From: Ostrea edulis
Lineage: Eukaryota
Assembly: GCF_947568905.1 (NCBI RefSeq)
Contig: NC_079172.1
Coordinates: 6,820,001 to 6,884,000 of the forward strand
DNA length: 64,000 nt
Reading direction: 5' to 3'
This document shows, piece by piece, positions 35,001 to 46,200 of this stretch. Position numbers and translations under genes: made by a program. How positions within the stretch are numbered: position 1 is the stretch's first letter; the number at the start of each line of letters is the position of its first letter. The notes under the pieces were generated by a model. It saw nothing but the letters and a program-made list of their open reading frames with translations. It ran no database searches and was not told the DNA's origin.

Positions 35001-36766
35001 ACCACATGTAGCTATTGATGAAATAACCTCATTACAATATTGATACCACATGTAGCTATTGATGAAATAACCTCATTACAATATTGATACCACATGTAGC
35101 TATTGATGAAATAATCTCATTACAATATTGATACCACATGTAGTTATTGATGAAATAATCTCATTACAATATTGATACCACATGTAGTTATTGATGAAAT
35201 AATCTCATTACAATATTGATACCACATGTAGCTATTGATGAAATAACCTCATTACAATATTGATATAGCATGTAGATATGGATGAAATAACCTCATTACA
35301 ATATTGATACCACATGTAGTTATTGATGAAATAATCTCATTACAATATTGATACCACATGTAGCTATTGATGAAATAACCTCATTACAATATTGATACCA
35401 CATGTAGCTATTGATGAAATAACCTCATTACAATATTGATGCAGCATGTAGTTATTGATGAAATAACCTCATTACAATATTGATACCACATGTAGTTATT
35501 GATGAAATAATCTCATTACAATATTGATACCACATGTAGCTATTGATGAAATAACCTCATTACAATATTGATACCACATGTAGCTATTGATGAAATAATC
35601 TCATTACAATATTGATACCACATGTAGTTATTGATGAAATAATCTCATTACAATATTGATACCACATGTAGTTATTGATGAAATAATCTCATTACAATAT
35701 TGATACCACATGTAGCTATTGATGAAATAACCTCATTACAATATTGATACCACATGTAGCTATTGATGAAATAACCTCATTACAATATTGATACCACATG
35801 TAGCTATTGATGAAATAACCTCATTACAATATTGATGCAGCATGTAGTTATTGATGAAATAACCTCATTACAATATTGATACCACATGTAGCTATTGATG
35901 AAATAATCTCATTACAATATTGATACCACATGTAGCTATTGATGAAATAACCTCATTACAATATTGATGCAGCATGTAGTTATTGATGAAATAACCTCAT
36001 TACAATATTGATACCACATGTAGCTATTGATGAAATAACCTCATTACAATATTGATGCAGCATGTAGTTATTGATGAAATAACCTCATTACAATATTGAT
36101 ACCACATGTAGCTATTGATGAAATAATCTCATTACAATATTGATACCACATGTAGCTATTGATGAAATAACCTCATTACAATATTGATGCAGCATGTAGT
36201 TATTGATGAAATAACCTCATTACAATATTGATACCACATGTAGCTATTGATGAAATAACCTCATTACAATATTGATACCACATGTAGCTATTGATGAAAT
36301 AACCTCATTACAATATTGATACCACATGTAGTTATTGATGAAATAACCTCATTACAATATTGATACCACATGTAGCTATTGATGAAATAACCTCATTACA
36401 ATATTGATGCAGCATGTAGTTATTGATGAAATAACCTCATTACAATATTGATACCACATGTAGCTATTGATGAAATAACCTCATTACAATATTGATGCAG
36501 CATGTAGTTATTGATGAAATAACCTCATTACAATATTGATACCACATGAAGCTGTTGATGAAATAGACTCATTACATTATTGACAAGCCATATTGGTGGA
36601 ATTAAAGTGATCTGAATGTACTTGTTTACAGCACGGTAAGGATTCAGACAAACCTCTGCCATATTCCCATCTAGATATTGCTGGCTCATCAGGACCATTC
36701 CCAGGAATCCCCACTGGAGCCCCTATTGTTGCCTTGGCAGCACACTTTGTTTTCCCACGGTGCTAA
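23028..36766 (+). CDS. M17 leucyl-aminopeptidase family protein (C. elegans W07G4.4-like subfamily), 518 aa, 16 exons
   Basis: Exons 23028-23044, 25399-25534, 25854-25919, 26288-26370, 27334-27442, 27975-28099, 30983-31082, 31459-31534, 32472-32557, 32649-32753, 32874-32949, 33126-33244, 33360-33443, 33579-33686, 34679-34810, 36632-36766. All introns GT-AG with consistent phases; 1557 nt. M17 motifs RDIGGSDPERM, VGKGVTYDTGGADIK, MHRDKCG, NTDAEGRM, ATLTGH, HLDIAG. Confidence 0.95.
23505..23579 (+). pseudogene. Degenerate tRNA-like unit (first of a tandem pair)
   Basis: A box TAGCTCAGTTGG, D stem GCTC/GAGC, anticodon stem CCTGA/TCAGG with a 10-nt loop, B-box-like GGTTCGAATCT, and a TTTT run 7 nt downstream. 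Confidence 0.6.
23742..23814 (+). tRNA. tRNA-like cloverleaf with 8-nt anticodon loop (CTAGAGAT); probably a tRNA-derived repeat or pseudogene rather than a decoding tRNA
   Basis: 73 nt: acceptor GGCCAGA/TCTGGTT, D arm GCTC-AGTTGGTA-GAGC, anticodon stem CTGA/TCAG, T arm CTGGG-TTCGAAT-CCTGG, TTTT terminator downstream. The loop size is non-canonical and the T stem has two G-U pairs. Confidence 0.4.
24320..24585 (+). mobile_element. 3' fragment of a Helentron/Helitron-type non-autonomous element
   Basis: Two diverged units with CCTATTGATTTT(A/G)GGGTC-AAAGG...GGTCAC and an end GCAGAGCTCTTGTT resembling the CTCTTGT ends at 38896 and 40839. Confidence 0.4.
24612..25418 (+). repeat. 62-bp minisatellite, 13 copies, overlapping the intron 1 acceptor and first 20 nt of exon 2 of the aminopeptidase gene
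   Basis: Unit CCACTTCATACCAGTAACTTAGGTACACGTAAATATGTATAG|ATTGCCAGAACTTCTTCCTT. The last copy continues into coding sequence (LPELLPCLDVNDPQY). Confidence 0.97.
25947..26121. repeat. 22-bp minisatellite, 8 copies, strictly alternating C/T variants (44-bp dimer)
   Basis: TTAAACCGTCTCCATCATCAGA alternates with TTAAACCGTCTCTATCATCAGA. Confidence 0.95.
26170..26224. repeat. 18-bp tandem repeat, 3 copies
   Basis: GACTCATTACCGGTTGTT three times. Confidence 0.9.
26436..27260. repeat. 26-bp minisatellite, ~31 copies
   Basis: Unit TCTCATTACAGTGTGTAGTACATATA with 24-bp variants, in aminopeptidase intron 4. Confidence 0.97.
27434..27507 (+). repeat. 37-bp tandem duplication spanning the exon 5 donor
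   Basis: CTCTATGTG|GTCAGTCTAAGAAGTCATACTTTTCTGA at 27434-27470 and again at 27471-27507. Confidence 0.95.
29217..29351. mobile_element. Palindromic non-autonomous DNA element (~135 bp)
   Basis: Arms of ~60 bp (TCTCCCATGGTTT...GATATGATTTATATCCAAC...TTGTGTGTTTTCTATCCC and its near complement) around a short loop. Confidence 0.7.
30289..30779. mobile_element. Kolobok-like non-autonomous DNA transposon
   Basis: TTAA on both sides (30285-30288, 30780-30783). Imperfect TIR GGTAACTCCACCCT versus CGTGGTTCCACCCT (10/14). A TTAA TSD with purine-starting termini is the Kolobok signature. Confidence 0.5.
34303..34540. mobile_element. Tc1/mariner-type MITE, 238 bp
   Basis: TIR CTGTATAGGGGAATAAT / ATTTTTCCCCTATACAG with TA on both sides. 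Confidence 0.8.
34836..36575. repeat. 44-bp minisatellite, ~39 copies, filling the last aminopeptidase intron
   Basis: Unit GATGAAATAACCTCATTACAATATTGATACCACATGTAGCTATT with recurrent variants (ATCTC, GCAGCATG, TAGCATG). Confidence 0.98.
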
Positions 36767-37340
36767 GCATCATGGGTAAGCAAGCACAAATAGGGAATGA
36801 TGGACAAAAAAATACTAAATTAAATAAACTGATATCTGGAATATGAATTTGTCATCCAATACATGTAATCAGATTTAATCTGTGTAATACACCTAGAAAA
36901 TAGTGTACATTTATTTTAGAGGTAGATGTTTTCCCAAAGAGGTCTTTTCTGTTCTTTTTAACAAAGACATGTATATATCATGGTGATTGTAAAGCATAAT
37001 TCATTTGATTTGGAAAAAAATTCCAACACATAATATGTTTGATTTATTCTGCACAGCTGACTACATTTGCATTGTAATCATGGTAAAGGTATAATGTGCT
37101 TTTGCTTTGATTTGTGATAAATGATTATTTTCTGAGTAAAACTATCTCTCTGAGTGACTTGTGTTTATCTTATTTGAGTAATCAGTCATCTGCTGATACA
37201 GACTGTTGTGTATGCTGTTACGTACATTATCCGTGAGCTGAACTTCACTTCAATTCCAATAATATCCATAGCATATAAAATGAAAATTAGTTGGATTTAT
37301 AAATCAAAAACTTTCAAATTGTGCTTCCAGAATCTAGATT

Positions 37341-38897
37341 TATTAGCTCTTCTGAGCCGAAGGCTCAAAGAGCTAATCATATGGCCATATGTCTGGTGTG
37401 CGGTGTGTGTCAACTTTTTGGAAAAAGGGCTATATCTTAAGAACCCCTTGGCCAATTTTTGTCAAATTTGTCACAGGATATCCTTGGCCCAAGGGCTTTC
37501 ATTTGTACTAAAACTAGGGTTGTGACCCTTTAACAAGAGGAGATAATTAGGAAAATGCAAAAAAGTAGTGGTTGCTAAACAATCTTCTCAAGAACCACTG
37601 GGCAAATTATCACCAAATTTATGCATAAGGATGAGGATAGGTTGTAGATAAAAAGTTGTTCAAGGCATCATCCTGGGGCAAAGGGTGTGGTCTCGAGGTC
37701 ACTTCAAAGTTGACCTTAAATTTTGTTTTGTTAAAACTTTGATATTTTGCTTAGTATAAGGACTAGGATCATCAAATTTTGTCAGTTGATGCATCTTAGG
37801 ACCTGATATCATGTCTTAAAAGTAGGTCATGGTGATCTACTTTTTGAATTTCGCAGGTAATTATTAAATGGATTTTGATGCATATCTTGGACACTTTTGA
37901 GCCTATGATCATCAAAAGTTGCCAGGTGATGGATCATGGGACCTTGAAGTGCGCCATGTGAAAAGTATGTCACCATAACCTACTTTTTGAATTTTATGGC
38001 TAATCATTTATGAATACATTTTAGGTTGTTATTTCAGATAACGAGAGGTTTAGAATCATCAAACCTTGTAAGTTGATGCGTCTAGAGGCCTCGAAACATA
38101 TTTATAAAAAAAGTAGGTCACAGTAACCTACTTTTTGAATTTTGCAGACATTCAAATTTCACATTTTCAATTTTAGATGCATATTTTGGACACTATGAAA
38201 GCTAGGATCATCAAACTTTGCCAGTTGATGCATCTTGAGTCTTCATAGTTTGTTGACCAAAAAGTAGGTCACCATGACCTACTTTTGGAATTTGACAGCT
38301 ATACTTTAATATTTCAGATACTATTTGACTTACAATTATCAAACTTTGTCAGTTGATGCATGTTGAATCTTCAGAGTGTTTTGAATAAAAAGTAGGTCAC
38401 CGTGACCTATTTTTGGATTTTGACGGTTATATTTGAATAATTCAGATACTATTTGACTTACAATCATCAAACTTTGTCAGTTGATGGGTCTTGAGTCTTC
38501 AGAGTGTGTCGACCAAAAAGTAGGTCACTATGACCTACTTTTGGAATTTGATGTTTATATTTGAATATTTTGGATACTATTTGACTTCAATTATCAAACT
38601 TTGTTAGTTGATGCATCTTGAGTCTTTGGAGTGTGTCACTGTGGCCTTCTTTTGGAATTTGACGGCTATATTTGAATACTATTTGAGTTGTCAGTTGATG
38701 CATCTTGAGTCTTCAGTGTGTCAACCAAAAGTAGGTCACCATGACCTACTTTTGGACAGTTACATTTAAATTTCAGGTACTATTTTGAGTCTTCAGAGGT
38801 CTTCAAACTTTGTTAATTGATGAATCTTGGTTAGTGAGAATTTTTGCCTGTTCTACAATGTATCAGAAGAGTGATTCTAGGCCCATGGGCCTCTTGT
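37341..38897 (+). mobile_element. Helentron-type non-autonomous element with internal ~120-bp satellite-like array
   Basis: 5' hairpin TTAGCTCTTCTGAGCCGAAGGCTCAAAGAGCTAA. About 8-9 diverged units (CATCAAACTTTGTCAGTTGATGCATCTT...AAAAGTAGGTCAC...GACCTACTTTT). 3' palindrome GGCCCATGGGCC followed by TCTTGTT. T-rich insertion site. Confidence 0.85.
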
Positions 38898-39355
38898 TAA
38901 TTACTATAATAGAAAATCATGGAAAAGTTTCATATTTTTAAAGTTAATGTCTTTCCTGTTGCTGCAAGTATGTCGATTCTGTTACTTGCTTTTCAAATTC
39001 GAGCAGTTAATGAACATTTAGACATGGTATTTCTTTTGTCTATCATAAAATATTGTGTTTGATTTTCTTCCCAGCAGTTAATAATATCAAACTCTTTGAT
39101 GTATTTCAGTTGTATAAAAATGTCTAATTTGTTACTAATGTCTGTCTATACGAGTGCTCTCTAATTAGGTATTTAAAGGTACATATATAGACAATTTACA
39201 TGTACGTTATCTTCACCTTGCATGTATTTCTAACCTCATTTCATGTAGTAAAGACACTAATAGGATACTGTACAAAATGTTTCATGAAGAGATAATATAC
39301 TGTATCAACTATAACCAAACCTCAAAATTCATTTTGAATTTTATCAATGTAATAC

Positions 39356-39680
39356 CATGACAACGGTGTAGAGAGCAAAACAAGACATCTCTTTATGTAA
39401 GGGAGATGTCTCTTTCTCCTTGAGAGACATCTCTTAAAGCTATAGATATTTTTAAAAGAGAAAGAGATAGCTCTCTAGCATAAAGAGATATCTTTTGTTT
39501 AAAGATATATCTCCCAAATGTAAAAAGATATCTCTCTAACTTTCAGAGATATTTCTACAACCAAAAGAGATATCTCTCTAGTGTAGAGATATCTCTTTTT
39601 AGCTCACCTGAACCGAAGGTTCAAGTGAGCTTTTCTGATCACATGTTGTCCGTCTGTCTGTAAACTTTTCACATTTTCGA

Positions 39681-39723
<43 letters not shown>

Positions 39724-40805
39724 CAAAAGCATCCTTGGGTAAAGGGCTTTAAAGTTTGTTCAAATGAAGGGCCTTATCCCTTTCAAAAGGGAGATAATCG
39801 CAAAAATAGGGTGGGGTCATTTAAAAATCTTCTCAAGAACCACTGGGCCAGAAGAGCTGAAATTTACATGAAAGCTTCCTGACGTAATGCAGATTCAAGT
39901 TTGTTCAAATCATGGGCCCCGGGGGTAGGATGGGGCCACAAGGGGGGATCAAAGTTTTATATACAAATATAGGAAAAATCTTCTCGAGAAGCACTGAGCC
40001 AGAAAAGCTGATTTTTACATGAAAACTTTCTGACATAGTGCAGATTCAAGTTTGATCAAATCATGGCCCCCGGGGGGTAGGATGGGGCCACAAGGGGGGA
40101 TCAAAGTTCTACATACAAATATATAGGGAAAAACTTTAAAAATCTTCTTCTCAAAAACCACTAAGCCAGAAAAGCTGAGATTTACATGAAAGCTTCCTGA
40201 CATAATGCAGTCTCAAGTTTGTTCAAATCATGGGCCCCGGGAGTTGAATGGGGTCACAATAGGGGATCAAAGTTTTACATACAAATATATAGGAAAAATC
40301 TTTAAGAATCTTTTCAAGAAGCACTGAGCCAGAAAAGCTTATTTTTACATGAAAACTTTCTGACATAGTGCACATTCAAGTTTGTTCAAATCATGGCCCC
40401 CGGGGGTAGGTTGGGGCCACAAGGGGGATCAAAGTTTTACATACAAATATATAGTTAAAATCTTCTTCTCAATAACCACCGACTCAGAAAAGCTGATATT
40501 TACAAGAAAACTTTCTGACATAGTGCTGATTCAAGTTTGTTCAAATCATGGCCCCAGGGGGTAGGATGGGGCCACAAGTGGGGAGGGGGTCAAAGTTTTA
40601 CATACAAATATAGGGAAAATCTTTAAAAATCTTCTTTTCAAGAACCATTGGGCCAAAGAAGTTGACATTTACATGAAAGCTTTCTGACGTAGTGTAGATC
40701 CAAGTTTGCAAATATCGTGGCCTCCAGGGTAGTTGGGGCCATAATAGGGATTAAAGTTTTACATGCAAATATATATGGAAAGTCTTCAGATATGGGTCAA
40801 GGTGA

Positions 40806-40839
<34 letters not shown>

Positions 40840-40890
40840 ATCTAAAGAGCTATCTTATTTTACGAATAGATAGTAAAAGGGCTTGCCATA
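39356..40890. mobile_element. AGAGATATCTCT-repeat DNA element interrupted by a Helentron
   Basis: AGAGATATCTCT-like motifs at 39380-39598 resume at 40840 and end ...TAGTAAAAGGGCTTGCCATA (40890), which is the reverse complement of the terminus of the copy starting at 62637. Confidence 0.5.
39599..40839 (+). mobile_element. Helentron-type non-autonomous element carrying ~166-bp satellite units (Cg170/HindIII-like)
   Basis: 5' TTAGCTCACCTGAACCGAAGGTTCAAGTGAGCT hairpin and a GTCC/GTCT microsatellite. About 6 tandem ~165-bp units (TTCTCAAGAACCACTGGGCCAG...CAAGTTTGTTCAAATCATGGCCCC). 3' CAGGTGAGCGATGTGGCCCATGGGCCTCTTGT. Matches the published structure of oyster Helentrons (recalled). Confidence 0.92.
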
Positions 40891-42183
40891 TGTAAATGCT
40901 GTTCAAAAACATTTGTTGGGGGGAAACTGAATCCAAATGAAAACATTGATACTGCACCATACAGAAAACGCTATTCCACATTTGATTTACACCCCAAAAC
41001 GTGAGGTTTCTCATTCACATCAGTTAATATGTCAATGGAAATGCGGAGCACATTCTGTTGGATGTTGCGAGCATGTATGCAATGTCGTTTAGTACCTTAA
41101 GGTACTCCAGGCATCGGTGTTATTATGTGTCAGTTAAAACCCGCTTTATGTCTGATATACATGATGCTGCCTGTGAAACAAATTATGATGATGATTTGGA
41201 TTAAATATCATTCTTTGAAGTATGATCTATATATTTGTTTTGAATTCTAAATATTTTGGACAGCGTTTTAGTACGGTACTGTATCTATTGTAACTACTGG
41301 TACCATCAATGTGGATTTTAAACTCTCGATTGGCGACCGGTGCCCAATCATGAATAGGCTTATTGTTCGCCAAGTTCACCCATCTTCTTTTGATACAAAG
41401 CGTCAAATCAGTCGCTAAAATTTTAGATACCGGTATTCAAAACTATTTCAAATAAAAAAAGACACATGGAAATTGTACTATCAAATACTTTATTTAAAAA
41501 TGGAAACTGACACAATTTAAACAAAAAAATTTGAATACTCACTTTAAAAACACATTTAATAATATTTAATAATACTATCCTTTATGTAAGGGCACTTAAG
41601 GATTTTCCAAAAATGATTATGAATGTAATAAATATCAATTTTTCGGTGTCAATATTGGATGTGCCCAGTTAAAATTGCAACAGAAATTAAAATTTATCAT
41701 TTTAAAACCAGCAAGTGCGTTTAAAAAGATCTTAAACTTACAGGTGCTACAACATGTATATCGAGGAAGTTCTGAATAAACATTTTCTAAAAATGTGAAG
41801 TCACCCAAGTCTGTCTCTGAAAAAGTGGCTAGACACAGGGAGTCCATGTTCAGCGTTATCAAACAAGACGGGATGAAGCTTAAAAACTTCTACATTAAAC
41901 ATTACTTATTCCCAAGTTAAATTATAGCATACGTACTTGAAACGTCTATTAGTTTGTGAAACACACAGTTAAACATACGGGATGCCCCTGGGCCCCCATC
42001 AGGACGAACTCGGGTGACCTAAAAGCGACCAACACACCGAATTTTTATTCCCACAAAAATTTGAATTGAAATTCTCAATCCGCCTATGTGCATTGAAGAA
42101 ACTAAATTGATTTAAGAAATGTTAGTTGAATTACCATCATGATAGTATGCAAATGAATGTAATAATAGATTTTGTAGATCACA

Positions 42184-42185
<2 letters not shown>

Positions 42186-42234
<49 letters not shown>
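42186..42234. repeat. (TA)n microsatellite
   Basis: Perfect TA run. Confidence 0.95.
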
Positions 42235-42238
<4 letters not shown>

Positions 42239-43291
42239 CTTTATTCAGAACTTTTATACATGTTATTGATAAGGAATTATTGTACCAAAACAATGAAATA
42301 ATGATTCCTCTCATTTCCCCATGCACACTACCTAACACATCGGCCGCTCCTTGCCGATAACAAGAACATGTGGGGCAACAGTAGGGGGGCCTGTTTACAA
42401 AAATTCAAATTGGTTTAGAATCCTTGATATGTTTAATTTTATAATTTGAAAATAAAATCTAAATATTTATGATATGTTGCTGAATATTCATCACTAGAGC
42501 GTGGGACGAGGGGGAAATGTCCATTTTGACACTTTAGAAACCCCTAGTAACTAAATATGACAAAGAAATATAATTTTTTCAAAATAATCATACTCAGCTA
42601 AGTTAGTCAATATATCTACCAACAAAGAAAATAGGCAAACAATTAAAAATGAGATACATATATGAAAAAATCAAACGGACAGGAATAAAAACAATTTTTC
42701 AAAATGGGTCATATTCTTGGGTTTGTAAAAAAGTACATCATTATGTAAATAAGGTAACAATTGTGGTGCAATAGTGTAAAAATAACAAAAATTGTAATAT
42801 CAAACAGAAACATTTTTAAAAAGAGAATACCAAAGTGTTACGTCATTGATAGCAGTACAAGTTTAATAATTCTGTTATCATGTATGCACTGTAGTTAAAA
42901 CAGCATATCACTACCTTTTATATATAATATTGGTAACTAGTGTACAGGTATATAGAATATAAGTAGACTAGTCTAGATAAAATGTATGTATATTCCAATA
43001 TGTTCGTTAAATTAACGATACCTACTGTTTTATATCAAAATTAGTAACTATATATAATTGTTACATGTCAAAATCAATTACATACACACATATGAAATAA
43101 GTAAAGTTCTACAGCGGTAAATACAAACATAAAAATCCATTAACTCCTGTTATATGCATGTATCTAAAATCGGCATGATTTTTCGTTATATTGATAATAC
43201 ACTGATTATAACTTAGTGCATGGTTTATATATTGAACAGGAAAATATAAGTAAGAGAAACAATGGCCGCTCCTCTCCGTGAAGGTCTGTCT

Positions 43292-46200
43292 CTATGAGAT
43301 TGGTACGCAGACTTTGCACGCTAACTTGCAGTGATTGAGCATAAATGAAGGATTCGTCCTACAGTGTCCATGGCGAGACCACGCGCGACAATACTTTCTT
43401 GTGTCTTTACAATTTGGATCTTCGTTTCCTAAAGGAGAAAAAAAAACAACCAGGGATATGTTTGTGATTATTGTTAACAGATGAATCGCCTTGTTTCATA
43501 CGAATGTATTTCTCATTTTTACATCAATCATGAAATCATGACAATCAGGTAAAAATATTTCCAACCTGCTTTCGCTAGACATTGTATCAACGGTTTCAGT
43601 ACTAGTTAGTATATGATCCAATGATTCCGTAGAGATCCAACAACGAAGGAAAAATGTATTGTTATATTCACCCGTACGTGCATGTGCCTTCGAGGTGAAT
43701 ATAATATAACATCGTGCCAAAATAAATTAATTGATAAGATTGATTATTGATTCTTCGTTACTCACAAACTCGTGTTTTTACTCACTTTCTAGTATCTTGC
43801 ACTATATAAAAATAGTGAAAAGTAGTAACATCGAATCCGATCTATAGATGACTGATCTGGTATGTTAAGTTCTATCTGATCTATAGATGACTGATCTGGT
43901 ATCGTAAGTTAAGTTCTATCTATAGATGACTGATCTGGTATCGTATGTTAAGTTCTATCTGATCTATAGATGACTGATCTGATATCGTAAGTTAAGTTCT
44001 ATCTGATCTATAGATGACTGATCTGGTATGTTAAGTTCTATCTGATCTATAGATGACTGATCTGATATCGTATGTTAAGTTCTATCTATAGATGACTGAT
44101 CTGGTATCATATGTTAAGTTCTATCTATAGATGACTGATCTGATATCGTAAGTTAAGTTCTATCTGATCTATAGATGACTGATCTGGTATGTTAAGTTCT
44201 ATCTGATCTATAGATGACTGATCTGGTATCGTATGTTAAGTTCTATCTATAGATGACTGATCTGATATCGTAAGTTAAGTTCTATCTATAGATGACTGAT
44301 CTGATATCGTAAGTTAAGTTCTATCTATAGATGACTGATCTGATATCGTATGTTAAGTTCTATCTATAGATGACTGATCTGATATCGTATGTTAAGTTCT
44401 ATCCGATCTATAGATGACTGATCTGATATCGTATGTTAAGTTCTATCCGATCTATAGATGACTGATCTGGTATCGTATGTTAAGTTCTACATGTTCAGTA
44501 GCCAAATTCGATGTTGTAGATTATTTAGTTCAATAATATACAAAATATTGCATTTCATCACTTTTGATTTATTAGGTCTTTCACTCTAGCTGTATACAAA
44601 GATGGCTGACCAGGTATGGCTTCGTAAACTGTAGTAGCCATTTCCAATGTTTTAAATGATTCAATAAAATAATATTCTAATGATTATTGACATTTTCTCG
44701 AACAATAGGTTGCTTTAGTTGCAGTACCCTCGAAGTACAATATTCAACGAGTACTCCCATCCTATAATATTCTGAAAATTTTCAAAACAGCGTATCTGCG
44801 ATAGAAAAAAAAGGTTTTAAGCAAATGATTGATGTGTCTGGTTGGTTTTCTCAACTGATAATCTACCACACATTCATTTAAGATTCCTACTTACTGATGA
44901 CGGGTTCATCTCTCTGCACGGGACACAGGCCACATGTGTCTTTACAGTGTATAGACATCCAGATTCTATACAGGGTGCAGTATTTCCATCTCTGTTCAAG
45001 CCTTTGACATTTTTCTGTCGGGTAGCTGTTTCTACAGGTACTATTTCCAGCTGAAATATGCATGTCAAATGTAAACTGAAATCAGATGGGAGATATAAGT
45101 CACAAAAACTAAATATGCATGTCTTATACATGTATTTACATTTTCATTTTTTTGCCTTAGATATCTTTACAAATTGCATTGATAGCCATTTTCTCGTTTA
45201 CGCGATGCAGTTGTAAACAATGCACGTATGAATCTGATAAATATAATACGTTTATTTGCACAGCTGGGAATTTCAAGAAAAAAACTAAAAGTATAAGAAT
45301 AAATTTCATTTTGAAAATACCTGAGGCCATAAACTGCTTCACACAGGCATACTTTTCATGAAGAAATTTATTTCTTAAAGAACAAAAAATGGACGTATGG
45401 GTTGATATATATTTTCTGGCTTAGTTTGGTCGTAATAAGTACAAATATAAAAAAAAAATTAAAAATAAGAGACTTGTAAATTTTCTATGATGTTTAAAAG
45501 TTGAAAAATATTACCCCTCCCTATATATATAACTTTATACAAATTTTCCGCAATTAGTTGTTATTCACCTAATCATATATGTCTCTCACCTAATTGGAAA
45601 ATCATGGGAGTAAACTGTTTTCCAAACGGCCATTTATTTTACTTATTAAAATTATATATATATATATTATCTGTTTGTGTTTCTATGAACATGACATTGT
45701 ATCATGTATGTATGTTCATCTATCCATACATGTACTATTACGTGTACGATCCAAAGTCGACATTCACCGAAGTACAGTTTAATATCAGAGGAGATAAAAA
45801 TGGTTGCTGACCAGCAACAATCACATAATCCCAACAAACTGTATTTTGGACGAAACTTGAAAATCGAATGCTCGCTAAGTATTCATCTTGGTGTGTACTC
45901 CCATCGTATGTCAAACCATTGTGTATACACAGTGTCTGTCAGGACGTACCTTGTTTCTTTGTAGTTATTGTCTTCTGGATGAATTTTCCCGCTCCAGCAT
46001 TATTAGTGGAGAAGAACCGGAAGGAATATTCTGTTCTTGGTTTTAGGTTTGTATATTCAACCTTTATGTCTTGTGGTTTACTGTTTACAATCTCTGAAAC
46101 AATTATACCACATATGAGGTTTGTAATCCTACCCGCTGTAGTAAGATATATCATTTCATTTCCAGAACTCTCGTTGGGCGCGTGGTCCTTCGGATGAGAC

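Noticed and set aside
24612-36575. Regular arrays that could be mistaken for CRISPR
   Set aside because: The units are head-to-tail with no unique spacers, lie in introns of a eukaryotic gene, and there are no cas genes.
41097-41600. TTAA-GGTACTCC as a possible Kolobok left end
   Set aside because: No matching right terminus was found.
42102-42338. ORFs containing IYIYIY, CVCVCV, ERERER or LSLSLS runs (also at 51313-51529, 54374-54637, 56846-57181)
   Set aside because: Microsatellite translations.
44555-44635. Alternative terminal exon candidate for the astacin gene (IYEAIPGQPSL...*)
   Set aside because: Weak acceptor. The exon at 43292-43428 has a strong acceptor and encodes a complete ShKT domain.
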